NCBI GenBank assembly: GCA_026770705.1
Contig: JANJGN010000020.1
Location: 66,216,001-66,280,000, forward strand
Length of the DNA: 64,000 bases
Source: Isurus oxyrinchus
Taxonomy: Eukaryota
Direction of reading: 5' to 3'
The translations under genes were made by a program, and so were the position numbers. Positions 25,914-38,339 of the stretch are shown piece by piece; position 1 is the stretch's first letter; each line of letters opens with the position of its first letter. Under the pieces are notes generated by a model. That model saw only the letters and a program-made list of their open reading frames with translations, was not told where the DNA came from and did not search any database.

Positions 25914-26937
25914 CACTCATCCAGGAAGTTGGACTGTCCAGTTTGGTGCTACAGGTACTGCCAACTCCATGGATAATTTAGTACCATATCTGGATATTAT
26001 GGAGTGGAAAGCTTGCTTCATCAAGAATGCCTCTTGCCCTGTCTTTCTTCTTCTTCCTGTCGCCACCCAGCTCAAATTCCTCCCTTTCCATTATAATTTG
26101 TTAGAAGTTACAATTCAAACCATAGAGATTGTGATTCATTACCAGGACTGAGAGATTGCAGGAAGGAGTGAATCAAGTGGGTGTAGTATATAGCAGTTTG
26201 CCATGCAAGATTGCAGCCAGTTTAAGGATTAAATAGAGTTCCTCACTAGTGTCTTCTACTATTAATGATTATCTTGAAAATTCAGTTGTTTTTTGTTCTA
26301 TTTTACTGTTATACTTCATCAGGTGAGAGTGGCTTATGGGTTAGATATGGAAGATGGGAGAGAAACTAGTTTGGAAGAGTTTTGAAAGGACATGAATTTT
26401 GTTTTGCCTCTAAACCCAGATTCAGATTAAATGGTATGTACGTTCATTCTGCTTTTCACACGCACTAGCTCATTGAGAAAACGACAAATGGAAATAACAC
26501 GAAAAATATTTTATTCGGTCAGAATGACCTTTAGTGCTTGTGACGAACTGACCATCTCCTTCACAACAGTGCTGATCCCTTTTTATGTGATTGACCAATT
26601 CCTACCTTTCCCCCCACTAAATACCCATGACTGGATAGATACTTAATGTGCAGCCACTGCTGATGGTTACTTCCTCTGATCCCCTTTGATCTTTTTGTAA
26701 GCAAAATCTATGCTTTGCAGACATGAAATTAGTTTGAATTAAAAAGGTGTTGATCTTACAATACACACCTGTATAAGAATGGATGATTACCTGCAAGAGT
26801 CAAACATGCATGTGATGCTGTCAAGTCTTTGTTGGCATGTTGCAGTTGCAGGTGTTATACTAGCTGATACTATATTGAATTTTATTGCTCAATCTGAAAA
26901 ATGTGTGTTGGTGGGGAACAAACGCTTTACTTTCGAA

Positions 26938-27159
26938 TAAAAACAAAAAACTGCGGATGCTGGAAATCCAAAACAAAAACAGAATTACCTGGAAAAACTC
27001 AGCAGGTCTGGCAGCATTGGCAGAGAAGAAAAGAGTTGATGTTTCGAGTCCTCATGACCTCAGTTCTGTTGAAGGGTCATGAGGACTTGAAACGTCAACT
27101 CTTTTCTTCTCCGCCGATGCTGCCAGACCTGCTGAGTTTTTCCAGGTAATTCTGTTTTT
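26938..27159. mobile_element. Short Penelope-like pLTR insertion with inverted duplication
   Basis: 14-bp TSD GCTTTACTTTCGAA at 26924-26937 and 27160-27173; nearly identical to the 4228 element; hammerhead motif 27062-27100 (+). Confidence 0.85.
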
Positions 27160-28134
27160 GCTTTACTTTCGAAGCAGGGTCCAGGAGAGGGGGGATGCGG
27201 AAGATTCAAAACACCAGGGTCTATGCCCTGGTGGGCCCAGGCTCAAGTCCTCCTTTTCTATATACACAGTCGATGCCGTGGATCATTAGTTCACTGTTCT
27301 GCTAATAAAGCAACTCTTCTTTCCTACCACGTCCAGCTTATTTCCTCCATCAGTGACAAGCGGATGTGAAAGGTGGTGCAATGCAGAGAGGGTGGGGAGC
27401 TTGATTGACGTGAGGTTTTGGTTTAGTGGCCCTGCCCATCTATTGAACATGCATACAGGATTGGTCGGGCTGACCCAAGTGGGTACAGACATGCATGCGG
27501 CAGGCAGAGGTGTTGAAGCGCTGGATACAGCACCAGGCCCTGGGAAGGCAAAATGTAACTGTGATTTTAAATTAACTGCTTCATGTATGCAAAGAATTCA
27601 ACTGTGCAGATTCTGAAATTTAATAAGGGATCATATTTGGTTCATTACTTTTCCTCTCAAATTCCTCACCTATTTAGGCCTATAAAATACAATTTGCTGT
27701 TATGTTCATACAGCAGCCAGCATATTCCAAGTAATTCGGAATTATATTTTGAGATGATGGGTTTTTTTTTAATATTAATTGGACACCACTATTACAGTGC
27801 ATTTTAAGTGATCCTGAATACCCAGCTCCCGGTAGACAACCGTTGATTGTGATCGTATGGACTTTAATTCGGAACCTGCAACTTTGAAAGGCCTCACTGG
27901 AATGGGTCCCAAAACTAAATAAAAACAGCTCTGTTTTTTAAAGGAAGCAAATAACTGATCCTCAGATGATTGCTGCTGTTCTTTTATTCGTGTTGTTTTG
28001 TGTTACGGGAGCATTTTACAGCTTCCAAGCAGTGGAATGCAGTCATTGTTTAATGAATAAAAGAAACATTCTTTGAAGCTGTGGTGTAGTTAGTCAGAAA
28101 ATTCATTACATGTAAAATTTATCCAATGTAGTCC

Positions 28135-28442
28135 TCCTCCTTCAGGTATCATGCCCCAAAGGGGCATTGGCAACCATGAACTTCCATTGGATTGGTCCAT
28201 GATTATGCTTGACAAAGACCTGCATGGTTTTCTATTGGCTTCTTCAGTATGACTGACCAGGAAACTCTCCCACTCTCACCATCTGCCATCAGGCGTATTG
28301 GAAGGATTTACAGGCTGATAATCAACCTGTTTGGCCATATTATAACCACACCTTACATGACCCTCAAGCCTTGAAGTGGGACTTGAACCCAGAGCTTCTG
28401 GCCCAGAAGTAGGGACACCATCACTGTGCCACAAGACCTCCT
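28135..28442 (-). mobile_element. tRNA-derived SINE
   Basis: Minus strand head TGGCACAGTGATGG..GGGTTCAAGTCCCAC (A/B boxes) followed by a ~230-nt body. Confidence 0.65.
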
Positions 28443-28787
28443 AACCAATGTAGTAATCCACATTTTAGATACCAGGGTGTGTAGCTCTCTTTGTGCAGAA
28501 GGATAGTTCTTGACTCCAAATTACAGAGGTTAAATCTTACAAATGACGGGACAGTGAATGGCAGCCCATCTTTCAGTCAAAAGATATGAAGTGAAAGATT
28601 TGGCTGTTCAAATGATTTGTGTAAAGACTTTTAGAGCATAAAAATGAATGTGGTGCAGGGAGTTTTGATGAGTTGATTGTTCATTTATTACCATTTAACA
28701 TAGGTTTAACAGAACATATTCAGTTGTAATAAAATTGGTATTTGTGCAAAGAAATTGAAACCCCAAAATAAATAGAATTGTCAAACG

Positions 28788-28888
28788 TATTTAAATTCAA
28801 TAATTTAAATTCAATAATAATTCAATAATATTATAATATATTTATTATAATTCAATAATAATAATTTAAATTCAATAATTTAAATTTG
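28788..28888. repeat. AT-rich low-complexity tandem repeat (AATTCAATAAT)
   Basis: Repeated ttaaattcaataat/ataat units. Confidence 0.8.
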
Positions 28889-29014
28889 TTACAAACGTGA
28901 TCAATGGGCTTGGAAACAGGGAGAAGCAGTAGGGCCCATGATTTCTCTCCCTGACCTTGTTTAGAAGTATTTATGCTGGACGAAGCTTTCACTTTTTTTC
29001 TCTTTTGACATTAG

Positions 29015-29047
29015 GTAATAACTGGGCTTCTTCGCCGAGAGGATGAG
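29015..29047 (+). CDS. AGK: AGK coding exon (33 nt)
   Basis: pyrimidine tract + ttag acceptor, gtaagc donor; VITGLLRREDE. Confidence 0.92.
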
Positions 29048-29620
29048 GTAAGCATTTCATGTCACAGTTCATGGTCCAAGCTTCCACTGGTATGCATAGA
29101 ACAAAAATCATAGTTCTTATTTGTGAGTTCTGCCACTTTGACAGTTTACTGATATGACTGATACATTTATGTTGAACACAGTTTCAATTGGCAAGCTTTT
29201 ATTTTGAAAAATCATTTTTTCTCATTTCTGTAGCAGAGTTTGAAGTTCAGTGACACGTTTCAGTTGCGACATCTATTCTGCTTGCTTCTGCTAACCTTGA
29301 ACCAGGGTTTAATATAAAAGCAAGGAGGACAGTACATTTCTAAAGAAAAACGCATGGTGGGAGGAAGGTGCCTGTGTTTTTAAGAACATGTATTCACACC
29401 TTTTAAAGCACAGAAGCATATTCATATTTTAAATGTTTAAACTATGATTTGAGGAGAGAAAACCAGTGTTATTCAGTGACAGTGTCTCCCTATAAAATAC
29501 AATTTGCTGTTACTGATCACAAGACATCGTGGTCATGAAAACATTCATTGTCCCTAGTGTTCTGGTTAAAGGAAATGGGGAAAACTACCTTTTTATATTT
29601 CATGTTTCTGCTCTTTTTAG

Positions 29621-29715
29621 GCTGTCTTTAGCAAGATTCCCATAGGATTTATTCCATTGGGAAAGATGAACTCCTTGAGCCAGGCTCTGTATCCTACCAA
29701 CAAAGAACAGGCCAG
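29621..29715 (+). CDS. AGK: AGK coding exon (95 nt)
   Basis: ctttttag acceptor, gtaaat donor; AVFSKIPIGFIPLGKMNSLSQALYPTNKEQA(R), containing the GFIPLG motif. Confidence 0.96.
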
Positions 29716-30707
29716 GTAAATTACAGCTAAAATTCTGAGTTACTTTGATGAGGAGGTACAGATGATGGGAGATGGTTTGGCTGTAATAAGCTAACATATT
29801 CTTAGGTTTGTGTCCAACTATGTTTTGTACAGATAATCAGCTTTCCCCTCGGTTTCCTGTGGGTAGCAGAACATTTTACTTATGGTGACCAGTGTAGGAA
29901 TTGTTACCAGAGTTTATGTGGCGTTGATTGCTAATACTCTTGTGTTATTGTGTAAAGGACTGACCAGTTTGAAAGGAGAGGGGAGGGGAGGTGTACACCT
30001 TTACAATTCTCCTTTATTTCCAGTCAGTATTCACTTATTGCATTGTAACATCGGCTTCTGATACTCTCCTGTTTCCCAATGTCATCGCTAAAATGAGCAC
30101 AAGGACAGGCTGAAGGCTGGAATTGCAGAGAGTCCTCTTGACTGTGTTGCAGCTAATTCAAAAATTAATTTCTTCTTCCTTCCAATTTTCTCCCTTCTCA
30201 TGAAGACACTGGCTCATGGTGTATGTTTATAGGCACTACTCACTCTCCAGCACATCAAGGGTTCACTTTACACATGTGAGCTGGACACCCTATTGATAAG
30301 TTACTAAGACGTGGGCAGCATCCTAACTGAGGATGATTTTATTTTACCTGATGCCCTTGCTATTAACAGGAGTGACTAGGTGGCATTCTGGAGGGGACAC
30401 TCTGGTTAATTTGTTTTCTTTTGTCATCTCTCCTTCCTTTCCCTGCTTGAGCATGAAGGCCAATTATAAACTCTTCCCATAGTCCAGACGGAGATCAGTA
30501 TTTAAAACTGATTCGGTCCTGACTTATGTGGCTTTGTTTCACACAGTTGATGCATTAACCAAATAAACCAGCACAGGACTTCAGAATTATTTGTACCCTG
30601 AGCATTTGTTTTCAATGCATGATGTTGAATATTGCATTTTAATTGCTGTAGTTCAACTCTAGCCTCCATTGCATCCTGGTCATATTTTTCTCTGCTTTGT
30701 GTTGCAG

Positions 30708-30777
30708 ACACATTTTAAATGCTACGCTTGCTATCGTGAAAGGAGAGACTGTTCCCTTGGACATACTGGAAATAAAG
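30708..30777 (+). CDS. AGK: AGK coding exon (70 nt)
   Basis: ttgcag acceptor, gtaaga donor; HILNATLAIVKGETVPLDILEIK. Confidence 0.96.
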
Positions 30778-31035
30778 GTAAGAAGTAATTCCCAGCAATT
30801 TTCATTCTTGTGTGATCTTACAGAACAAGATCCAGTAGCTAGAAGTACCCAGGGGTTTATTTTTCCATTTAAGACAATTTGGAAAAACACTGATAGATCT
30901 CCCCGGCATTGTGAATGGGTAGCCCAGGAACTAGAGTAGTGTTTACTGGGTGATCATGCTGAGCTAGAATATGAAAGCAGTTTATGTATTGCCATCATAC
31001 AGCAAATTTAGTGAACAAATATAAGATGACTGCTT

Positions 31036-33310
31036 TGAGGTAAAAATATTACACGCCACTGAATGATACAGCGGCAATGGAGGTAAAAATATTACACTGC
31101 TATTGAAAGATACAGGGGCAATGGACGTAAAAATATTACACTGCTGTTGAAAGATACAGGGGGCAATGGAGGTAAAAATATTACACTGCTACTGAAAGAT
31201 ACAGGGGGCAATGGAGGTAAAAATATTACACTGCTACTGAAAGATACAGGGGGCAATGGAGATAAAAATATTACACTGCTACTGAAAGATACAGGGGGCA
31301 ATGGAGGTAAAAATATTACACTGCTACTGAAAGATACAGGGGGCAATGGAGGTAAAAATATTACACTGCTACTGAAAGATACAGGGGGCAATGGAGGTAA
31401 AAATATTACACTGCTACTGAAAGATACAGGAGCAATGGAGGTAAAAATATTACACTGCTACTGAAAGATACAGGAGCAATGCAGATAAAAATATTACATT
31501 GCTACTGAAAGATACAGGGTCAATGGAGGTAAAAATATTACATTGCTACTGAAAGATACAGGGGGCAATGGAGGTAAAAATATTACACTGCTACTGAAAG
31601 ATACAGGGGGCAATGGAGGTAAAAATATTACACTGCTACTGAAAGATACAGGGGGCAATGGAGGTAAAAATATTACACTGCTACTGAAAGATACAGGGGG
31701 CAATGGAGGTAAAAATATTACACTGCTACTGAAAGATACAGGGGGCAATGGAGGTAAAAATATTACACTGCTACTGAAAGATACAGGAGCAATGGAGGTA
31801 AAAATATTACACTGCTACTGAAAGATACAGGAGCAATGGAGGTAAAAATATTACATTGCTACTGAAAGATACAGGGGCAATGGAGGTAAAAATATTACAT
31901 TGCTACTGAAAGATACAGGGGCAATGGAGGTAAAAATATTACACTGCTATTGAAAGATACAGCGGCAATGGAGGTAAAAACATTACACTGCTACTGAAAG
32001 ATACAGGGGCAATGGAGGTAAAAATATTACACTGCTACTGAAAGATACAGGGGCAATGGAGGTAAAAATATTACACTGCTACTGAAAGATACAGGGGGCA
32101 ATGGAGGTAAAAATATTACACTGCTACTGAAAGATACAGGGGGCAATGGAGGTAAAAATATTACACTGCTACTGAAAGATACAGGGGGAAATGGAGGTAA
32201 AAATATTACACTGCTATTGAAAGATACAGCGGCAATGGAGGTAAAAACATTACACTGCTACTGAAAGATACAGGGGCAATGGAGGTAAAAATATTACACT
32301 GCTACTGAAAGATACAGGAGCAATGGAGGTAAAAATATTACACTGCTACTGAAAGATACAGGGGGCAATGGAGGTAAAAATATTACGCTGCTACTGAAAG
32401 ATACAGGGGGCAATGGAGGTAAAAATATTACGCTGCTACTGAAAGATACAGGGGGCAATGGAGGTAAAAATATTACACTGCTACTGAAAGATACAGGGGG
32501 CAATGGAGGTAAAAATATTACACTGCTACTGAAAGATACAGGAGCAATGGAGGTAAAAATATTACACTGCTACTGAAAGATACAGGAGCAATGCAGATAA
32601 AAATATTACATTGCTACTGAAAGATACAGGGGCAATGGAGGTAAAAATATTACACTGCTACTGAAAGATACAGGGGCAATGGAGGTAAAAATATTACACT
32701 GCTACTGAAAGATACAGGAGCAATGGAGGTGAAAATATTACACTGCTATTGAAAGATACAGCGGCAATGGAGGTAAAAACATTACACTGCTACTGAAAGA
32801 TACAGGGGCAATGGAGGTAAAAATATTACACTGCTACTGAAAGATACAGGGGCAATGGAGGTAAAAATATTACACTGCTACTGAAAGATACAGGGGGCAA
32901 TGGAGGTAAAAATATTACACTGCTACTGAAAGATACAGGGGGCAATGTAGGTAAAAATATTACACTGCTACTGAAAGATACAGGGGGCAATGGAGGTAAA
33001 AATATTACACTGCTACTGAAAGATACAGGGGCAATGGAGGTAAAAATATTACACTGCTACTGAAAGATACAGGGGGCAATGGAGGTAAAAATATTACACT
33101 GCTACTGAAAGATACAGGGGCAATGGAGGTAAAAATATTACAGTGCTACTGAAAGATACAGGGGGCAATGGAGGTAAAAATATTACACTGCTACTGAAAG
33201 ATACAGGAGCAATGGAGGTAAAAATATTACACTGCTACTGAAAGATACAGGGGGCAATGCAGATAAAAATATTACATTGCTACTGAAAGATAGAGGGGCA
33301 ATACAGATAA
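31036..33310. repeat. 44/45-bp minisatellite, about 50 highly homogeneous copies
   Basis: Unit AATGGAGGTAAAAATATTACACTGCTACTGAAAGATACAGGGG(G)C. Confidence 0.98.
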
Positions 33311-33616
33311 TCATAATTTTTATCCACCACTTTTTACAGAAAATTTTTAATGTACAAGTAACTTTGTTCTTCCTTCCTCAAATGCTCTAATTCTCATCAC
33401 CAGTTATTTGCATTTTATTTTTATTCTGCCATCCACAGTGGGTTTCTAGTACTTTATTTGTTTATTATTCTACTCCTACATCCGAAAGCCTTCCTTTTTG
33501 TTTTCCATCTTCCCCAAGGTTAAAAAATATTTTATTCTCTACCTTACGTTCCATGGTGATTGCGGTTGGAGCTGAAACTATCATTTGTCCAGGCAATGAT
33601 ACTGAATAGTACTGTT

Positions 33617-35134
33617 CTGGCATTAGTACTGGAGACTTATGCTCCAGAACCTGCCGCGCCCCTAGCCAAGCTGTTCCAGTACAACTACAACACGGGCATC
33701 TACCCAACCGTGTCGAAAATTGCCCAGGTATCTCCTGTACACAGAAAGCTGGACAAAACTAACCTGGCCAATTACCCCCCCAGCAGTCCACTCTCGATCA
33801 TTAGTAAAATGATGGAAGGGGTCTTCAGCAATGCTACCAAGTGGCATTTGCTTAGCAATAAACTGCTCACTGATGCTCAGTTTGGGTTCCGCCAGGGCCA
33901 CTCAGCTCCTGACCTCATTACAGCCTTGGTTCGAACATGGACAAAAGAGCTGAACTCCCGAGGTAAGGTTAGAGTGACTGCCTTTGACATCAAGGCTGCA
34001 CTTGACTGAGTGTGGCATTAAGGAGCACTATCAAAACTGGAGTCAATGGGAAACAGGTGGAAACTCACTGCTGATTGGATTCATACCTAGCACAAAGGAA
34101 GACAATTGTAGTTGTTGGAGGTTAGTCAGCTTAGCCCCAGGACATCACTGCATGAGTTCTTAGGGGTAGTGTCCTAGGCCCAACAATCTTTAGCTGCTTG
34201 ATCAATGACTTTCCTTCCATCGTAAAGTCAGAAGTGGGGATGTTTGCTGATGATTGCACAATGCTCAGCATCATTCGTGACAACTCAGATACTGAAGCAG
34301 CCCACGTCCAAATGCAGCAAGACCTGGACAACATCCAGGCTTGGACTGAAAAGTAGCAAGTGACATTTGCACCACACACTTGCCAGGCAATGACCATCTC
34401 CAACAAGAAAGAATCCAACCATGGTCCCTTTACATTCAATGACATTATCATTGCTGTATTCTCCACTATCAACATCCTAGGGGTTACCATTGACCAGAAT
34501 CTGAACTGGACGAGCCATATAAATACTGTGGCTTTAAGAACAGGTCAGAGGCTAAGAATCCTGCAGTGAGTAACTGACCACCTGACTTCTCAAAGCCTGT
34601 CCACAATCTGCAAGGCACAAGACAGGAGTGTGATGGCATATTCTCCACTTGTCTGGATGAGTGGAGCTCCAACAACACTCAAGAAGCTTGACACCATCCA
34701 GGACAAAGCAGCCCGCTTGCTTGGCACTGCATCCACAAACATTCACTCCATCCATCACCGACGCACAGTGTGTACCATCTACAAGATGCACTGTAGAAAC
34801 TCAGCAAGGCTGCTTAGACAGCACCTTCCAAACCCACGACCACTATTATCTAGAGGGACAAGGACAGCAGACACATGGGACTACCACCACCTAGAAGTAC
34901 CCCTCCAAGCCCCTCACCATCCAGACCTGGAACTATATCACTGTTTCTTCACTATCACTGGGTCAAAATCCTGGAATTCCCTCCCTAACAGCATTGTGGG
35001 TGTACCTCCATCACATGGACTGCAGCAGTTCAAGAAGGCAGCTCACCACCACCTTCTAAAGGGCAATTAGGGATGGGCAATAAATGCTGGCCTAGCCAGT
35101 GAAGCCCACATCCCTTGCATGAATGGAAAAAAAA
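33617..35134 (+). mobile_element. CR1/L2-group LINE, 5'-truncated, same family as 19380-25913
   Basis: ORF track 33560-34009 and 34630-35070 (AQFGFRQGHSAPDL, FDIKAA, MFADD, SWNSLPNS); shared 3' tail. Confidence 0.92.
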
Positions 35135-35904
35135 GGTTTCTCCCGCTGCTGAGTCTTTAATTATCTATATACCAATTGGTCACATGTCGTGGTCCAAGCC
35201 TGGCTTGCTGATCAATTCTGGTGGCAGTGCCAAGGGTTACAAAGGAGCACTGTGTGGACATCCCCTCTTGGCTGGCCCAATTGCATACATAAGCATTGAA
35301 TATCATGCTGCACTATGGTACTGTAGTTCCACAGAAGCCATGTGACAATTCTAACTTCTATAATGTATCCCTCTCACAGCAGCTGCAAAACCCAAGGCCC
35401 AGTTGAAATGTCCAACTTAAGAAACAAGTTTTTTTTTAATATAACATTTGCCATCTCCAACAAAGTATGATGTCTGCAATGTGACTGACGTACACTAAAC
35501 TAGGTTTTGGCAAAGTTACATTTTGGACAGGAATATCTGCTTTTAACGCGATCAATAATCCAGACATAAATTACTTTCAAAATTGGACTAATTTCCAGTT
35601 TTTTTTTTTTTTGCTCAAAGTTTCTGCTCAAATTTATTTGCATTTCACCGAGCATAATATTTGCAATGAAACAGTGAAATCAGACAGTATTTTAGAATGT
35701 ATTTGTTTTAAATTTTGCATTAAAAGTTTTCCTTGATACTATATGTTTAAGAGTAGTAATGGGGTGCAGTTTCACTATCACAACTAAAAATGGGTTTCTC
35801 ACAAAAAAAAGCATTTTTGATCAGAAAGTGGAATTTTCTGAAATTAGTTCCTGCTGAAATTGTGGGACATCTAGTGAGCTGGGAACCTTTTGCCAACTCC
35901 TTAG

Positions 35905-37290
35905 AAGTTGCTTCACCTTTCTCATGCTTCACTCACCTTCAGCACCACATTCCTGCTGCCAGCTTACACCACAGCATGGGTGCAACTTTGCAGCTGCACC
36001 TTGTACTTCTGGCTAAGAACAAGAGAAACAGCAACACCAATAGCACCAGCTGCCTTTTCCTCAACCACATGCCAAGCCACAGGGGATAGGAAACAGACAC
36101 TGAGATCCAGCTCTAAGCATGTTTTGCTGAGATTTTTTAACTGAGCATTAACGTCCCACCTCTAGGTCCTCAACAAATCAGGGATGGTGTATGGGATAAT
36201 GCACTGTATCTGTCAAAGGAAGGATTTTTCATTAAAGAGAACATGGCATAGGTTAGAATGGCTCAACTGGATATTGGTTTATGAGGTTGCAGCGATGGAA
36301 AGGAGACCTGGTAAAGCTGCTCCCTGGGTGTCTTGCTCCTCCCTGGAGCTCCTGCTGAGGTACTGCAGTGAGGTGATCTTTCCCAAGGATGGGTGGAAAT
36401 AGACAGCCTTTCCTCCAAGCACATGGATGGAAATGGCCAAGGAAGTCAGCAGGAGAAGTGTGGTGCCTCCAACCTGGAGAAAGTGCACCAAGAGGATCCA
36501 GGACTTTGGAAGGGTGGGAAAGGTGAGTGACAATACCTAGTCACAAGCCCCATACTCTGACTTTCACGGCATTCTCCTGCACAGCACTTCTCAGAACAAC
36601 ACAGCTTGCAGCTCCACTCATTCGCCTCTCTTCAAGTATCTCACATGCCCATCCAAGGAGCCAACACTTACCCTCATACTTGCTTTCTCAGACCCATGCT
36701 TCACAGTCATCTTACACAAGTGTTGTTTTTCCCTGCTACCCACAAAAGCCATTGCTAACACCCTAACTCTGCTTTCTGTCCTTGCTGGAGAAAAAAAGCA
36801 CACAGTCTAAGGGAGAGGCCAAGACTTGAGGGTTGGGGTGAGGGGCTGCCCTCCAGTGATGAGCGCCTTGACAGCCACTGGCAATGTGTGCCCACCTGGT
36901 ACACTGGAAAGGAGGTCTTCCAAGAGACTGGCAGCGGTGACCTGCTGTGAGAGCCTGAATCTCCTGAGTAACAGGGAGCTGATTTCAAGAGAGCAGGTCC
37001 TATGCCTGTAAGACCTTGTGTTGAGGGGTTGGGGTCGGGGGGGGGGGGGGGGGGGGGGTTGGTGGGGTTGGTGGGGTTGACCTCCTTAGAGCTGGATCTC
37101 AATGTCTGCCCCCTCTGCCCTGTGGCATGGTATGTGGCTGAGGAAAAGGCAGCTGGTGCTGTTGGTGTTTCTCTTGTTCTTAGCCAGAAGTGCAAGGTGC
37201 ACCTGCAAAGTTACTTCTATGCTGTGGCGTGGGCTGGCAGCAGGAATGTGGAGCTGAAGGTGTGAAGTACAAGAAAGGTGAAGTGACTTA
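35905..37290. mobile_element. Putative non-autonomous Harbinger-related element with ~200-bp inverted repeats
   Basis: 35911-36117 is the reverse complement of 37086-37283; inside lies a decayed Myb/SANT-like segment (36295-36523, ..TWMEMAKEVSRRSVVPPTWRKCTKRIQDF..|gtgagt) resembling the ORF at 48397. Confidence 0.6.
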
Positions 37291-37690
37291 TAAGAAACTG
37301 GCAAATACCTGTCAAGCACTCTCTGAGAAGGATTATTGTGAGCAGCAGCCTCTTATCTGGCCAAGGCTACTCTGGCTGATTTTGGCTGAATTGTGCTAAA
37401 AGACAAGTGCAGCTTAGTGGAAACTCCGGATCCCTCTCTTTTATATTTTTACACGTTTGCTCACTCATGCAATAGCACCTTCAATAAACAGCCTAAAACA
37501 GTCTGATCCAGTATTTCTTAAAATTGTTGCTTCTTTTATAACTGGCTTTTCTCCAGTTTTTTTCTCCAGTTTAAAATGGATTAAGCTTAGGAAAGGTAAG
37601 AGTTCTAGTTTTTATTTAAAGTACATAAATAATTTAACTTTATTTTTACTGTATTTAACTTAAAGTAAGGTTTTTTTTCCAACTAGAGGC

Positions 37691-37885
37691 ATGGCAGGGC
37701 AGCTCGGTCCCGTGTTATGTACCGCCTGCAACATGTGGGAAGCCATGGATCCTCCTTGCGCTCTGACTGACCATGTGTGCAGGAAGTGCCACCAGCTGCA
37801 GCTACTTGAGCTCCAAGTTTCGGAGCTTGAGCGGCAGCTGGAGGCACTGAGCTGCATCCGTGAGGTTGAAATTTTCGTGGATATC
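37691..37885 (+). mobile_element. CR1 LINE ORF1 N-terminus (CxxC..CxxC zinc finger and leucine zipper), fragment
   Basis: MAGQLGPVLCTACNMWE..CRKCHQLQLLELQVSELERQL, homologous to minus ORF 59298-59549. Confidence 0.8.
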
Positions 37886-38339
37886 AGCCAGAGTAGCTCA
37901 AAAGCTTGAGGAATTTCAAGCACAAATTACAGCCATGTAAACTGAGTTTCTGCAATCTTTTGCATGAATTTAAAAAAACACCTGGCTAGAAGCCAGCTCT
38001 GCCCAAAAAACTGGCCATGTTCCAAAATTGAATTGATCATTGGGACGTTTCCACTAATTGTGCTCATTTGTTGGCTTTTGAGGAGGCTCTAAAAATAAAG
38101 ATTTTAAAATTGAGAACTAATACATTGTAGAAGACTTTGCATACATTTTTGTATGGATTAATTAAGTTAACTAATGTACACCAACAAAAGTCATAAATTG
38201 TTCTGTATAATCATTTTTAAGTAATTTTTAATTAAAATCGGGTTATTCACAGATATTGGACTAGACACATTGGGAGAAATTTTCATAGGTAAGGGGAGAC
38301 AGGTTTTGGGGTGTTTGGGGAGTTAAATCCCAAAAAGTT

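Noticed and set aside
31092-32503. Repetitive ORFs (KDTGGNGGKNITLLL)n
   Set aside because: Minisatellite translation; the frame is broken at random by 44-bp units
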